Origin: a virus
Lineage: Duplodnaviria; Heunggongvirae; Uroviricota; Caudoviricetes
IMG/VR virus record: IMGVR_UViG_3300025887_000009
Reading direction: 5' to 3' (one strand)
Length of the DNA stretch: 61,214 nucleotides
Below are positions 12,201 through 20,724 of the stretch, in pieces. The position numbers were made by a program, and so were the translations under genes. Within the stretch, counting starts at the first letter, position 1; every line of letters begins with the position of its first letter. A model generated the notes under the pieces. The model searched no databases and was not told the origin of the DNA. It worked only from the letters and a program-made list of their open reading frames with translations.

Positions 12201-14619
12201 AGGCGTAGCAAGTTTTGATAGTAGCACGTTTACTGCAACAGACGGATGGATTAAGATAACTGACGGTGCTGTAACACTTGCAAAACTTGCAAATCTTGCT
12301 AACAATAGAATGCTAGGTAACATTAGCGGAGTTGCTGCGGCACCATACGGTATTCCGACAACCTCGGGTTCAGGAGCAAGTAGTGTTCTACTTACGCAAG
12401 CAGATGGTTCAATTCGTGTCGAAAGTCTAAGACTAGGAGGCAACAACACATACGAAGTTATGAGCTTGTCAGGCACACAATTAAATATCAAAACACCAGG
12501 GCAAGGCGTTGTGCTTACTGCTAACGGAACTTCTAGACCAATAGTAAACATTCCGGGCAATCTGTCAATGGGCAGTGCAAGCACAACTGAATCTACATTC
12601 CAGGCAGCGTCAACACTTGCTGGAGAAAGCAACATTTCGTCTGACTGGTTATACACTTCATTCATCGAAGCAACTGGGGAACGAAACGCTACTTCAACAG
12701 GTATTGCACTCGGAGCAGGTACAGGCTTTACAGTTGCTGACGAAATTGGATTAATTGCAAATGGTAAGATGCCGTTTAAGATTACCGGAACCGGAGTTGT
12801 TCCTGATCTAACTGCAACATATAATATCGGTACATCTTCTGCTACCTACAATAATGTGTATACCGAAACCATTGCCAATGCTAGTGCTGTAGAGATTGCA
12901 ATTGGTGCTGCGGTGCCATTTATTGCAAATGCATCAGGATTTGTTCCAGACACTGACGCAGCGTATAATATCGGTTCGTCGTCATTTGGATACAATATTG
13001 TGTATACAGGAACTGTGTCTGATGCGTCAGAGGTAAAGATTGCAATCGGTGCAGCATCGCCATTTAAAGTTAGCGCAACAGGCATAATACCAGATGTTGA
13101 TTCGACTTATAATATCGGATCGGCGACGTTTAAATACGGTACTGTATACGCAGACACGTTAGTAGGCGACGGTAGCAATATAACAAACGTTCCGTCAGCT
13201 GGTACTTCTGAAGCAATTTCTACTGTACTAACTGGAACAAATGCTACACATTACCTAACATTTGTTAACAGCAACAACGGAAGTTTAACTTCTGAAACAT
13301 TATATACCGATGCAGGAATTACGTACAATCCAAGTACAAATGATTTAACTACAACTGGTGATATAGTAGCAGCTAGTTTCTCAGGTGATGGTAGTGCATT
13401 AACAAACGTTGCGGCGGCTAGTACCTCCAACGCAATTGCTACTATATCAACTGCAACAAATTCTGCTCACTACCTAACATTTGTTAACAGCAATAACGGA
13501 AGTTTAACTTCTGAATCCTTGTATACTGATGCAGGAATTACGTACAACCCAAGTACAAATGCGTTAACTACAACCGGTAGCATAGTAGCAGCCAGTTTCT
13601 CGGGCATCGGCAGTGCACTAACAAACGTTCCGGCAGTTGCTATTGATACTATAGCAACTGCAACAAATGCTGCACACTACGTAACATTTGTTAACAGCAA
13701 CAATGTCGGTGCAGCAAGCGAAACATTATATACTGATGCAGGAATTACGTACAATCCGAGTACAAATGATCTAACTACAACCGGTGGTATAGTAGCAGCT
13801 AGTTTCTCAGGCGACGGTAGCGGATTAACAAACGTTCCCGGTGCAGGTAGTTCTTCTACAATTGCTACTATTGCAACTGCAACAAACGCTACGCATTATC
13901 TAACATTTGTTAATAGCAATAACGTTACTTCGGCTGCCGAAACATTATATACAGATTCCGGAATTACGTATAATCCAAGCACTAACGCTTTAGTTGTATC
14001 TGGTAACGTAACACCGGATGCAGACAATACCAGATTCATCGGATCTGTGTCTAGAGGATATAATACAATATATACAGGAACTGTTGCAGATTCTACAGAA
14101 GTAGAAATTGCAATTGGCGCAGCTTCGCCGCTCACTGTTACTGCAACCGGTATTGTTCCAGACACAACAGCAACGTATGATATCGGATCAGCGTCATTTG
14201 CTTACAACGTAATTTACGGTACTGCTACATCAGCTAGATATGCTGACTTAGCAGAAAATTATGTTGCAGATGCAGAATACGAACCGGGCACAGTACTAGT
14301 ATTTGGCGGCGAACACGAAGTTACTATTGGTTCAACTAAAGGTGATACAAGAGTTGCCGGTGTTGTCTCAACTAATCCTGCACACCTAATGAACAGTGCA
14401 CAAGAAGGTGACTACGTAGTAGCACTTGCTCTACAAGGACGTGTTCCTACTAAAGTGCTTGGCAAAGTACAGAAAGGTGACTTGCTTGTTACTTCTCCAA
14501 TACCAGGATATGCTTGTGTAGATAACTCAGCTCGTTCAGGCACTGTGATAGGTAAAGCACTAGAAAACAAAACAACCGACGAACGCGGTGTTATTGAAGC
14601 AGTTATAGGAAAAGTATAA
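6259..14619 (+). CDS. Very large virion protein (baseplate/tail fibre) with gp9/gp10-like N-terminus, internal repeats and C-terminal intramolecular-chaperone-like domain
   Basis: 2786 aa; IDIGVEGNDGTGDALRESFRKANENFTELY N-terminus; DAATKNYVD; C-terminal ADLAENY...GTVL..GG...AGVVS.NP...ALQGRVP...GKALE. Confidence 0.75.
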   Translation: MAKQIIDIGVEGNDGTGDALRESFRKANENFTELYAAFGVEGQLTFENLSDTPESFIDNENKVPVVSPTSDSLVFREFVSNGFLTDDIADDTVRFDFTTDGKIVVTTRNSAVIDDKSPAIGGPLNSSSFAIGNVGTTEEDLQNFLTKHSGTFEVQDLVPDIKYVDENFLTRGSPGEQANVRSEPGNISEYTLTISGFSSNDATVADHGLTTASTGAAYTYSSTGTDATNLTSDTVYYVRRQGANAIGLYPTADDAIADTNQIVVSGGSGTQTLVNSEYDSELFGNWLGNEALPRDSVVRRQGDQMAGDFYLNDHPGSLAGTIGAGGLEDYKAATKFYVDQNSYYSPSSIYVSTIGDDTMAGVPLPDHGRSQQSAYASINKACEKAEEIMLASPAEPGPYMQSIRYNESADASFTTSTGIKTIVPGRLPIKTLIDLNKEFMIEEAIAYTSVTYPDFIYNEATWRDNIDFMIKAIVLDTLSGTNANTLSRTAGLRYYSSPAAQRAISEELTQTIAVINKVKVLANDVIQNNTITSLQTGDALITQTIDLGETVDATGISSVAAKFEIIKDIIADGPLLAPEIVDGSVYEIEFSNGGTGNVDQGKPSNTDLLPGKVVRGKASGALGRIVTYSRDTDVGVADSLELVLLEPVEFEVNEELEFGNLVNNSQVTILIESGIYYEDLPIKVPANVSIKGSEFRRVIIRPADRASQSRWANTYFYRDLEFDGLTGGVDSITGIGDPGLPTAGTAYTNPVTNDVDGYFGRHYLYDPTADVNVSNFGATNVGEYNDAAELINRNRAFIIEEVFQYIEATYPTLTYNFTKCRRDVGLILDAIISDLINGGRKNTLRAQGAYFYQGTDLVRGDQADETEDSINYIKTIAADVLANTAFTALGTVDQVIDTDYTISGNAITTFNSLVSLVTYAFDPAYNPPRHNRDLDVFLMNDATVLRNVTVQGQGGFMMVLDPDGQILTKTPYCQTGSSFSQSLNRQAFRGGMLVDAFASNIPITVDSKADAFTLNVSSPAGTGLFVRRPQTPAPFYIDGIRFQVNSITNYDQQSGTCTLLISDSTNDSNGFTGVTSVSATGVDLDSLPVSITLQTAGNRSALANNFTQINDLGYGLICTNGGTSEIVSQFTYYCWSSSYSKNGSEIRSLNSSSAYGEYGLIAEGADPNEIPDSVTLRNNMLQPFKTFESEVTLTLTGVVSVVAGETLTQAVSGATGDVIFDTDANQVYLTNTSGTFDTSNTITGSTSGALGAASVPTIASATAATNTLNGLTLYVYDLDYKPQNRSEIDMIHDSGTIARYEVSNVQLQTDIIVGGIIDPTYTGGTGTGAEFNVKKTVDNGYIVDVVNGGTSYLVSDTITIDGADLGGITSTNDLVITVTTVDAGAITEYTVAGTVATNTDTPNKDGQVYKLNFTTGSAGFSEGGLVEATASNVPGTLRQNGVFVLNDVFDQNTLISNPGAAIVLDSTPTTTYRSIAFAATESTGEDLATDSVLATFDTNYDYVRLIVDSTEAANADPRGGGGTMGNSVGDTIIAVEPLDETAIARINAGDLVFGWDGKLHRIATYTDRTTYATIEFTDVDGSDIINAASSSSGLITSAVQGIQTITLRAGLVSGAEADITANVSTCRATGHDFLNVGTGGFNTSNYPNVLLGLPRDPAQANEVNERNKGRVFYVSTDQDGFFRVGRFFTVDQGTGTVTFAASIALSNLDGIGFKRGVVVAEFSTDTSMGANATDVVPVQSAVRGYVNRRLGFDHNGVAVNNTIGPGVVAADGGELASDLNAASFKITSLGAPSQGSDAATKNYVDQGFVRISAFGDIRNVFEGTWTGDQLLVASGLKRIFVNEVANGPFVPGDVFTTIGGKQGTVVEVETISNDIIYGDAVTLSYVPDLGVIAEEEEITSGSKTANVLAGPFDEITNATVAGDIEASVTRSTGSTSIDLSLVANTIINNDINASAAIAQSKLDLNAATTRANATGISQNDLGVASFDSSTFTATDGWIKITDGAVTLAKLANLANNRMLGNISGVAAAPYGIPTTSGSGASSVLLTQADGSIRVESLRLGGNNTYEVMSLSGTQLNIKTPGQGVVLTANGTSRPIVNIPGNLSMGSASTTESTFQAASTLAGESNISSDWLYTSFIEATGERNATSTGIALGAGTGFTVADEIGLIANGKMPFKITGTGVVPDLTATYNIGTSSATYNNVYTETIANASAVEIAIGAAVPFIANASGFVPDTDAAYNIGSSSFGYNIVYTGTVSDASEVKIAIGAASPFKVSATGIIPDVDSTYNIGSATFKYGTVYADTLVGDGSNITNVPSAGTSEAISTVLTGTNATHYLTFVNSNNGSLTSETLYTDAGITYNPSTNDLTTTGDIVAASFSGDGSALTNVAAASTSNAIATISTATNSAHYLTFVNSNNGSLTSESLYTDAGITYNPSTNALTTTGSIVAASFSGIGSALTNVPAVAIDTIATATNAAHYVTFVNSNNVGAASETLYTDAGITYNPSTNDLTTTGGIVAASFSGDGSGLTNVPGAGSSSTIATIATATNATHYLTFVNSNNVTSAAETLYTDSGITYNPSTNALVVSGNVTPDADNTRFIGSVSRGYNTIYTGTVADSTEVEIAIGAASPLTVTATGIVPDTTATYDIGSASFAYNVIYGTATSARYADLAENYVADAEYEPGTVLVFGGEHEVTIGSTKGDTRVAGVVSTNPAHLMNSAQEGDYVVALALQGRVPTKVLGKVQKGDLLVTSPIPGYACVDNSARSGTVIGKALENKTTDERGVIEAVIGKV
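13165..13990 (+). repeat. Four tandem intragenic repeats of about 69-73 codons
   Basis: HY(L/V)TFVNSNN...E(T/S)LYTD(A/S)GITYNPSTN occurs four times with high nucleotide identity (near 13250, 13470, 13675, 13895). Confidence 0.9.
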
Positions 14620-14933
14620 TGACTAAATTAACCATCAACACAGGAAGTAGTGCAAACAAAGGCGACGGCGATCCAACTCGCACAGCCTGGACCAAAGCTA
14701 ATAGCAATTTCGACGAACTCTATGAGCGCGTTGAAACATTAGAAGACGGTCCGGGCAGCGGCACTACCGTTACTCAAGATATTATAGGTAGTGTGTTTGC
14801 AGACGATAGCACCCTACTAGTTGACGCTGTTAATGGAACAATACCTGGGTACATTAGCTTGGATGAGTTAAAAACTGTAGTCGCAGCATCATCTGACTTC
14901 AGTGACTTCCAGACTAGAATAGCTGCGCTATAA
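14619..14933 (+). CDS. Small structural protein with gp9/gp10-like N-terminus
   Basis: INTGSSANKGDGDPTRTAWTKANSNFDELY; GSVFADDST motif. Confidence 0.7.
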   Translation: MTKLTINTGSSANKGDGDPTRTAWTKANSNFDELYERVETLEDGPGSGTTVTQDIIGSVFADDSTLLVDAVNGTIPGYISLDELKTVVAASSDFSDFQTRIAAL

Positions 14934-14958
14934 TAAATACAATAACAGGAGAATTAAC

Positions 14959-15654
14959 ATGGCAGTAAGCTTAGTAGATATTGGCAGAATAGCAAATGAC
15001 GGGACCGGCGATGATTTGCGCGAAGCCTTTATTAAAGTAAATCAAAACTTTGAAGAACTTGATTTACGTCAACCAGAAGCAACTACTGCTAGCAATCGTG
15101 GTGGTGTCGGCGAAGGAGTGTTCGCCGCAAAGGTAATAGATGATCTACAATTTAAAAAGATTGTAGCTGGTACCAACGTTACTCTTTCTTCTACAGATAA
15201 TGCAATTACAGTAAACGCATTAGGTGGATTGCAAAGCTTGCTTATCTCATCAGATGGCGGTAGCAAGATATTAGCAGACGGTGATCAACTTAGCATACTA
15301 GGCGGATCCAAAGTCACAACTAGTATTGCAGGCAGCACATTAACTATCAATAGTTCAGCAATAAGTGACCTAGTCGAAGATACTTCGCCACAACTTGGTG
15401 CTGATTTAGACGGATTGTCACAAAGTATTAACAACGTTAATGTAGTTCGTGCTAACGATTTCCAAGGTAACTTGGAAGGATTAGTGTACGGCGTCGACAT
15501 TCGAGAGCTTAATGGATTTGTCGACGGCTTTGATTTTGGCGAAATAACAACTAATATCACTAGTGCAATTGAACTCATTCTGCTAAACACAGCCGTTGAT
15601 TTTGGTGCAATTACTTCGCCGGCTGATTTGCCCGTAGACCTAGGACTTATATAA
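14959..15654 (+). CDS. Structural protein with gp9/gp10-like N-terminus
   Basis: DIGRIANDGTGDDLREAFIKVNQNFEEL; TAAATA 14934-14939 and AGGAG SD upstream. Confidence 0.75.
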   Translation: MAVSLVDIGRIANDGTGDDLREAFIKVNQNFEELDLRQPEATTASNRGGVGEGVFAAKVIDDLQFKKIVAGTNVTLSSTDNAITVNALGGLQSLLISSDGGSKILADGDQLSILGGSKVTTSIAGSTLTINSSAISDLVEDTSPQLGADLDGLSQSINNVNVVRANDFQGNLEGLVYGVDIRELNGFVDGFDFGEITTNITSAIELILLNTAVDFGAITSPADLPVDLGLI

Positions 15655-15688
15655 TTCCCCAGATAAATATACTACACAAGGGGAATTA
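15652..15688 (+). promoter_or_regulatory. Late promoter inside an RBS-sequestering hairpin
   Basis: TAATTCCCC (15652-15660) and GGGGAATTA (15680-15688) form a perfect 9-bp inverted repeat; TAAATA 15664-15669 is in the loop. Confidence 0.7.
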
Positions 15689-15690
15689 GA

Positions 15691-18600
15691 ATGACAACAA
15701 TTTGGAGTGAACCAAATAACTCGTTACTGGAAACATTACTAGAACGCGAAACAGCAGTAGTGCAACTTCCATTAGTTGGTGGTTTAGGCGATGTAACTAT
15801 TCAAAAGATAAGTGGAAGTCTTCCTCGCGGAATGAGATTAAGCGGTACTGTAATTGACGGTACTCCGTTCCAAGTGGCAAGAGATATTACTAGCACCTTT
15901 GTACTTAGAGCAACACTTGAATCTGGAGAATTTCAAGACAGAACCTATAACATAATTGTTGCTGGACCAGACTCGCCGATTTGGTTAACAAATGAAGATT
16001 TGCTTCCTATTGGCAACAATGGATTATTCTTTATACTTGACAGTTCTCCTGTAGATTTTCAATTGTCAGCAATAGATGAAGATATTCCTGCTGGAGACGA
16101 ACTAGAATTTTATATCGCAAATAAGGACGGAGAACTTCCTCCTGGATTATCTTTATCACGTAGTGGTAGAATATCAGGCATTGTTGATCCAATTCTTGCA
16201 TTAGACAAAGCAGCAAGCAACGGAAATTTTGATACAAACAATTACGACGGGTACCCATACGACTTTGCTGCATTGTCTGCTAGCGGATATGATTCATTCT
16301 TTTATGATTCGGGATTTTATGACGACGCACTGCCAACTCTATCTCCAAGAAAGCTGAACAGGTTTTACGAATTTGCAGTTACCGTAAGCGACGGCGATAC
16401 TATATCAAGACGAATATTTAGAATCTATGTAGTAGGAGATGATTTCCTTCGCGCTGATAACACAATTCAAAAAGTAGGAACTGGGGTATTTACAGCAGAT
16501 AATACTTACGTTCGTACGCCGGTCTGGTTAACACCTTCGGATCTTGGCTTCAAACGAGCAAACAATTATGTAACTGTATTTTTAGATACACTTGACACTA
16601 GTACATCGCAAGGCGTAATTCGTTATCAGCTTGTTCCAAAGAACGACGATGACTCAATTAGTACATTGCCACCTGGTCTGGCGTTGTCGTCAACTTCGGG
16701 CGAACTATACGGACGTGTTCCTTATCAGCCAGCAGTTACCCGCGATTATAAATTTACTATTAGAGCAACGCGATTTACAGGCGATCTTACTAGAGTAGAA
16801 ATTAATGTTAAGGCCTACGAAGATACTTTGTCCGGTAAGCGATTCTTAAAGATTGTAAAGCTTTCTCGTAGCCTCGAAGACGGCATTGACGACTTAGCGT
16901 CATTAGTTAATCAAACTGTACAATTTGGAAATGATACATATCAAATTCTTACCGTAGATGGCACCCCAGACGAGTATGACATAATAGAACTAGGCGATGC
17001 ACTCAAGTCTACTTTTCCGATTATTGTTAACAGTGCAGCAAGCATTTCTCAATCATACATTTTTGTTAACAAGCTTTCAGAAGCAAACAAGACACAGTTG
17101 CAAGGAAGTACCATCCGTTTTAGTGACAGCGAAGCATATGCAGTTGATGATATCATTCCGTATACTACATGGAACATTAGATACAGCAACAACACAGCAC
17201 TCGAAATTGATCCAACTAATATAGGCCTTGACGAAGTACCTGGTGAAACATTTGCAGAAGCAATTGAACGAGCGTTTCCGGAATCTTTTTATACTATCGA
17301 CCAAGATAATTTACTTGAATTAAAAGTACCGTCTACTACTCTTAATAGAAATTATTCACGAATAGCCGATTTGTTTGCACCGTCTGATGATAACGTAACT
17401 GTAGAATCATCACTTGTTGCATTTTATACAAGACTTAATCTCAATGTCGGATTGCAACGTTCGTTAATTCCAAATGATGACATTGGTATCGGGGTGTTCA
17501 AAGACGAGCTTTATGTTGCAGAACAAACAATAACCAACACCGACGATACAACACGTCCGTACAAAGATAAAACTTTTACGCTTAGTCTCCTAGGCGAAGT
17601 TGACAGCACAATTACATGGTTAACAGATGCAGATCTTGGCACAATTAATGCTAACTTTTTAAGTACTTTTGCTGTTAAGGCAGAAACGACTGTACCTAAC
17701 GCAAAGTTATTATATCGATTAACTTCTGGATCCTTGCCAAATGGATTAGAACTTGCGTTCGACGGCGAAATTATAGGTAAAGTAAAACAATTCTGGGATC
17801 CAGGATCGCCGGGATTAACTATCTTCGACGGCGGCGCTTGCACGTTTGATGGGGCAGAAACTTCGTTTGATAGAGAATACACCTTCACTGTAGAAGCAAG
17901 AGATAGGTTTAATTTTTCTGCCACATCTAGAACATTTACAATTAATGTAATCGATCCTAATGATTTGCTATACAGCAACCTTTATTTAAAACCATTGCTA
18001 CCAAGTGCGCAACGAAGCGCATTTACTCTCCTTGTGTCTAATCCGAATATATTTCCGCCGTCACTTGTGTATCGTCCTAACGATCCCGAATTTGGATTAC
18101 AAAAAGATATTCGTATGTTAGCATACGCCGGAATTGAGACTAAAACAATTGACGAGTACGTTGCAGCAGTTGCTAAGAATCACAAAAGAAAAACATTTAA
18201 GTTTGGCGAGATAAAAACCGCTGTAGCTAAAAATCCAGGTAATAATGATATAATCTACGAAATAGTATATGTCGAAGTAATCGATCCGTCCGAACCGACT
18301 ACTGGTGCTGCTAGAGATAGTTTTGTTACAAAGAATAAGCAGAAGATTACAGTTGATAGCATGAAGTACGATACCCAAAAGGATATCTTTCAACTTAACA
18401 CAGGCTTGCCTGAGATGTACATCAACGGCAAGAGAGTAACAACTGAGCAGCTATATCACAGTGTCATTGGTCCTGATAACATCATTACAATAGGCGATAC
18501 TAACTTAGTCGACGTTGAAGGCAATCCGGTAACAGTGACAGCGTTTACCGACAGCGAACCGTTTAAATATCGACCATCAACTGAAACAATAACCGTAGAT

Positions 18601-18948
18601 AACAGTGCAGTACGCGTCGGAAACAAAGGCGACATGACACGATATATATCAAATGCTACTAACATGCGAAATAGAATTGCAGAGATAGGCGACACAGAAC
18701 GTAACTTCTTACCGTTATGGATGAGAACACCGCAGGCAGGAAGCATACAGGAAATTGGATACACGTTAGCAGTGCCATTATGTTACTGTGTAGCAGGAGG
18801 CGCAGAACGAGTAAAATTAAATCTTGATGTTAACGGTTTTGATTTCAAGCAAATTAATTTCGAAGTTGATCGATATATTATCGACAGCACAGCCGGTAAT
18901 TCAAGTGAACAATATATATTGTTCGCAAATTATCAGTATAACGTCTAA
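15691..18948 (+). CDS. Virion protein with putative Ig-like (He_PIG-type) domains
   Basis: Repeated G.LP.GL.L...G.I.G...Y.FT..A motifs; 1085 aa. Confidence 0.7.
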   Translation: MTTIWSEPNNSLLETLLERETAVVQLPLVGGLGDVTIQKISGSLPRGMRLSGTVIDGTPFQVARDITSTFVLRATLESGEFQDRTYNIIVAGPDSPIWLTNEDLLPIGNNGLFFILDSSPVDFQLSAIDEDIPAGDELEFYIANKDGELPPGLSLSRSGRISGIVDPILALDKAASNGNFDTNNYDGYPYDFAALSASGYDSFFYDSGFYDDALPTLSPRKLNRFYEFAVTVSDGDTISRRIFRIYVVGDDFLRADNTIQKVGTGVFTADNTYVRTPVWLTPSDLGFKRANNYVTVFLDTLDTSTSQGVIRYQLVPKNDDDSISTLPPGLALSSTSGELYGRVPYQPAVTRDYKFTIRATRFTGDLTRVEINVKAYEDTLSGKRFLKIVKLSRSLEDGIDDLASLVNQTVQFGNDTYQILTVDGTPDEYDIIELGDALKSTFPIIVNSAASISQSYIFVNKLSEANKTQLQGSTIRFSDSEAYAVDDIIPYTTWNIRYSNNTALEIDPTNIGLDEVPGETFAEAIERAFPESFYTIDQDNLLELKVPSTTLNRNYSRIADLFAPSDDNVTVESSLVAFYTRLNLNVGLQRSLIPNDDIGIGVFKDELYVAEQTITNTDDTTRPYKDKTFTLSLLGEVDSTITWLTDADLGTINANFLSTFAVKAETTVPNAKLLYRLTSGSLPNGLELAFDGEIIGKVKQFWDPGSPGLTIFDGGACTFDGAETSFDREYTFTVEARDRFNFSATSRTFTINVIDPNDLLYSNLYLKPLLPSAQRSAFTLLVSNPNIFPPSLVYRPNDPEFGLQKDIRMLAYAGIETKTIDEYVAAVAKNHKRKTFKFGEIKTAVAKNPGNNDIIYEIVYVEVIDPSEPTTGAARDSFVTKNKQKITVDSMKYDTQKDIFQLNTGLPEMYINGKRVTTEQLYHSVIGPDNIITIGDTNLVDVEGNPVTVTAFTDSEPFKYRPSTETITVDNSAVRVGNKGDMTRYISNATNMRNRIAEIGDTERNFLPLWMRTPQAGSIQEIGYTLAVPLCYCVAGGAERVKLNLDVNGFDFKQINFEVDRYIIDSTAGNSSEQYILFANYQYNV

Positions 18949-18981
18949 TGGTAGATAAATATAAAAAAGAGGACGACATAA

Positions 18982-19542
18982 ATGGCAAGTAACATTGTAA
19001 GCGCAACTATTGACGCAGAATATCCTATTGCAGGACAAGACAACGACACACAGGGGTTTCGTGATAATTTTACAACTATCAAAGATAGTCTTGAAGCAGC
19101 TAGACTAGAAATAAATACACTACAAGAAGATACTGCAAAACTAGACGAAGGCAATGACTTTTCCGGGAATGAATTAGCCGATGCTAACTTCTCAGCAGTT
19201 ACTGAAGAGTTTATTGATTACAGTACAGTTCTTGCAAATGCAAACATTAGTTTTATAACCGGCCATTACCAAAAGTTCACAGTTGGGGCTGATATTTCAC
19301 TTAATTTTACAGACTGGCCTGCTGCCGGAAGACTTGCAAAAATACGTGTCGAAATTGTAGCAAATGATGCTACGATGCGAACACTTGCATTCACATCAGA
19401 CGGCGGTGGAACTATATATTACGATGGTGATTTTCCTAGTCCGTTTACTGCGCAAACAATAGCCAATCATTACATAATTGATGCATGGACATACAATGGC
19501 GGCAATACTGTATTTCTAAAATATGCAGGTGTGTTTAGTTAA
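18982..19542 (+). CDS. Putative structural protein
   Basis: YPIAGQDNDTQGFRDNF N-terminus; TAAATA 18956-18961 upstream. Confidence 0.6.
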   Translation: MASNIVSATIDAEYPIAGQDNDTQGFRDNFTTIKDSLEAARLEINTLQEDTAKLDEGNDFSGNELADANFSAVTEEFIDYSTVLANANISFITGHYQKFTVGADISLNFTDWPAAGRLAKIRVEIVANDATMRTLAFTSDGGGTIYYDGDFPSPFTAQTIANHYIIDAWTYNGGNTVFLKYAGVFS

Positions 19543-19775
19543 TGTACAATCCTTTAGTTGGTAGTCTGAAGAAAATAACCGACACGGTATTGAATGAAAA
19601 GATTCAAGACCTGCGTAAAAAGTATTATCAGACTACCAATCCTGCAATGCAACAACAAATTGCAGCAACCCTTAACAACTATCAAGAAGAGTCCGACCGT
19701 CGTCAAGCAGAAATGTTTAAAAAATCCAAAGAAAATGACGATGAAGATCTTGACGGATTAATAAATATCAGTTAA
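19542..19775 (+). CDS. Hypothetical protein
   Basis: TAATG overlap with upstream gene; helical 77 aa. Confidence 0.65.
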   Translation: MYNPLVGSLKKITDTVLNEKIQDLRKKYYQTTNPAMQQQIAATLNNYQEESDRRQAEMFKKSKENDDEDLDGLINIS

Positions 19776-19778
19776 ACT
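19750..19778 (+). promoter_or_regulatory. Sigma70-type promoter with TAAATA in its spacer
   Basis: TTGACG-17 nt-TAAACT; ATG 19785 only 6 nt downstream. Confidence 0.55.
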
Positions 19779-19784
19779 GTACAT

Positions 19785-20297
19785 ATGAAAATAGATAATC
19801 TAGGCAGGCCGTACTTCACGGCCAATGACATGATGGAGTTCTTGTATCAGGATAAAGCTGATAAGATAAAAGACATGTCTTTCGAGCAGTGCTCCGAGAT
19901 CGAAGATTATAACAAGCTTGCTAGAAAGATGTACTTGCCAGAGCTTGCTATACACAAAGAACTAAACACAGATCAATCTACATATGACAAAAGTATGCAA
20001 CGCAATTGGTTTGTGCCCGAAGAGAATTCAGTAGACGTCGAAGAATGGCTACTAGAACGGTGCAATACCGATGAAGAACGACTGCGAGTCAAGGAAGAAT
20101 TAAACGAGTTTATCAAACACGATATGGTAAAGTTGTTGGAATTTTTAATATACCTTGTTGGATTTATGCGCGAACATAAAATTGTTTGGGGAGTAGGTAG
20201 AGGCAGCAGTGTTGCTAGCTACGTGTTATATCTCATAGGAGTGCATAAAGTTAATTCAATCCAATATGGCCTAGACTGGCGGGAGTTCCTTAGATAA
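19785..20297 (+). CDS. Short DNA polymerase III alpha-subunit (DnaE)-like fragment protein
   Basis: R..EEL..F...FL.YLV.FMREHKIVWGVGRGSSVASYVLYLIGV matches the DnaE G.GRGS..GS segment; only 170 aa. Confidence 0.75.
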   Translation: MKIDNLGRPYFTANDMMEFLYQDKADKIKDMSFEQCSEIEDYNKLARKMYLPELAIHKELNTDQSTYDKSMQRNWFVPEENSVDVEEWLLERCNTDEERLRVKEELNEFIKHDMVKLLEFLIYLVGFMREHKIVWGVGRGSSVASYVLYLIGVHKVNSIQYGLDWREFLR

Positions 20298-20321
20298 GTA
20301 TACATATATAGGAGAACTATC

Positions 20322-20723
20322 ATGGCTATGAAAAAAGGTCCAACTAAAACATACAGAACTGCAAACGGCAAACAAATTGATCTTGATTTGTTGCGCAAAA
20401 GAAACGAACTTACTCCGGCAGTAGGTAATTTCAAAGTAAACGCACGGGGCGATCAATTAGGCACCGGCGGAAAGATTGTGCGCAAACGCGAAGATTTGAT
20501 TCGTGAACATTACGAATCGCAGGAGAACACTGTACCAGATGAGGTAATTCCTCGTAACAAAGTACAAGCAGACGAACTACCAACAGAAAAAGTAGAAGAT
20601 ACTAAGTCAACTACTTCTCGTCGTAAAAAAGTAACAGAGCCTGTACCTGCTGAAGAACCATCTGCAAGCGAAATGGCAGAGTGGGACGAAGACGACGATG
20701 GAAACTTTGTAAGGAAGAAATAA
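20322..20723 (+). CDS. Hypothetical protein
   Basis: AVGNFKVNARGDQLG motif, acidic tail; AGGAG SD; TAAGTA late-like box upstream. Confidence 0.7.
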   Translation: MAMKKGPTKTYRTANGKQIDLDLLRKRNELTPAVGNFKVNARGDQLGTGGKIVRKREDLIREHYESQENTVPDEVIPRNKVQADELPTEKVEDTKSTTSRRKKVTEPVPAEEPSASEMAEWDEDDDGNFVRKK

Positions 20724-20724
20724 T

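Noticed and set aside
13165-13990. Repeats considered as a CRISPR array or DGR template/variable pair
   Set aside because: Units are in-frame coding repeats of about 210-220 bp without unique spacers; differences are not adenine-specific and no reverse transcriptase is visible
18942-18975. Possible SD-masking hairpins around late boxes at 18956, 20295 and 60147
   Set aside because: Only short or heavily bulged stems could be drawn; not convincing without folding calculations
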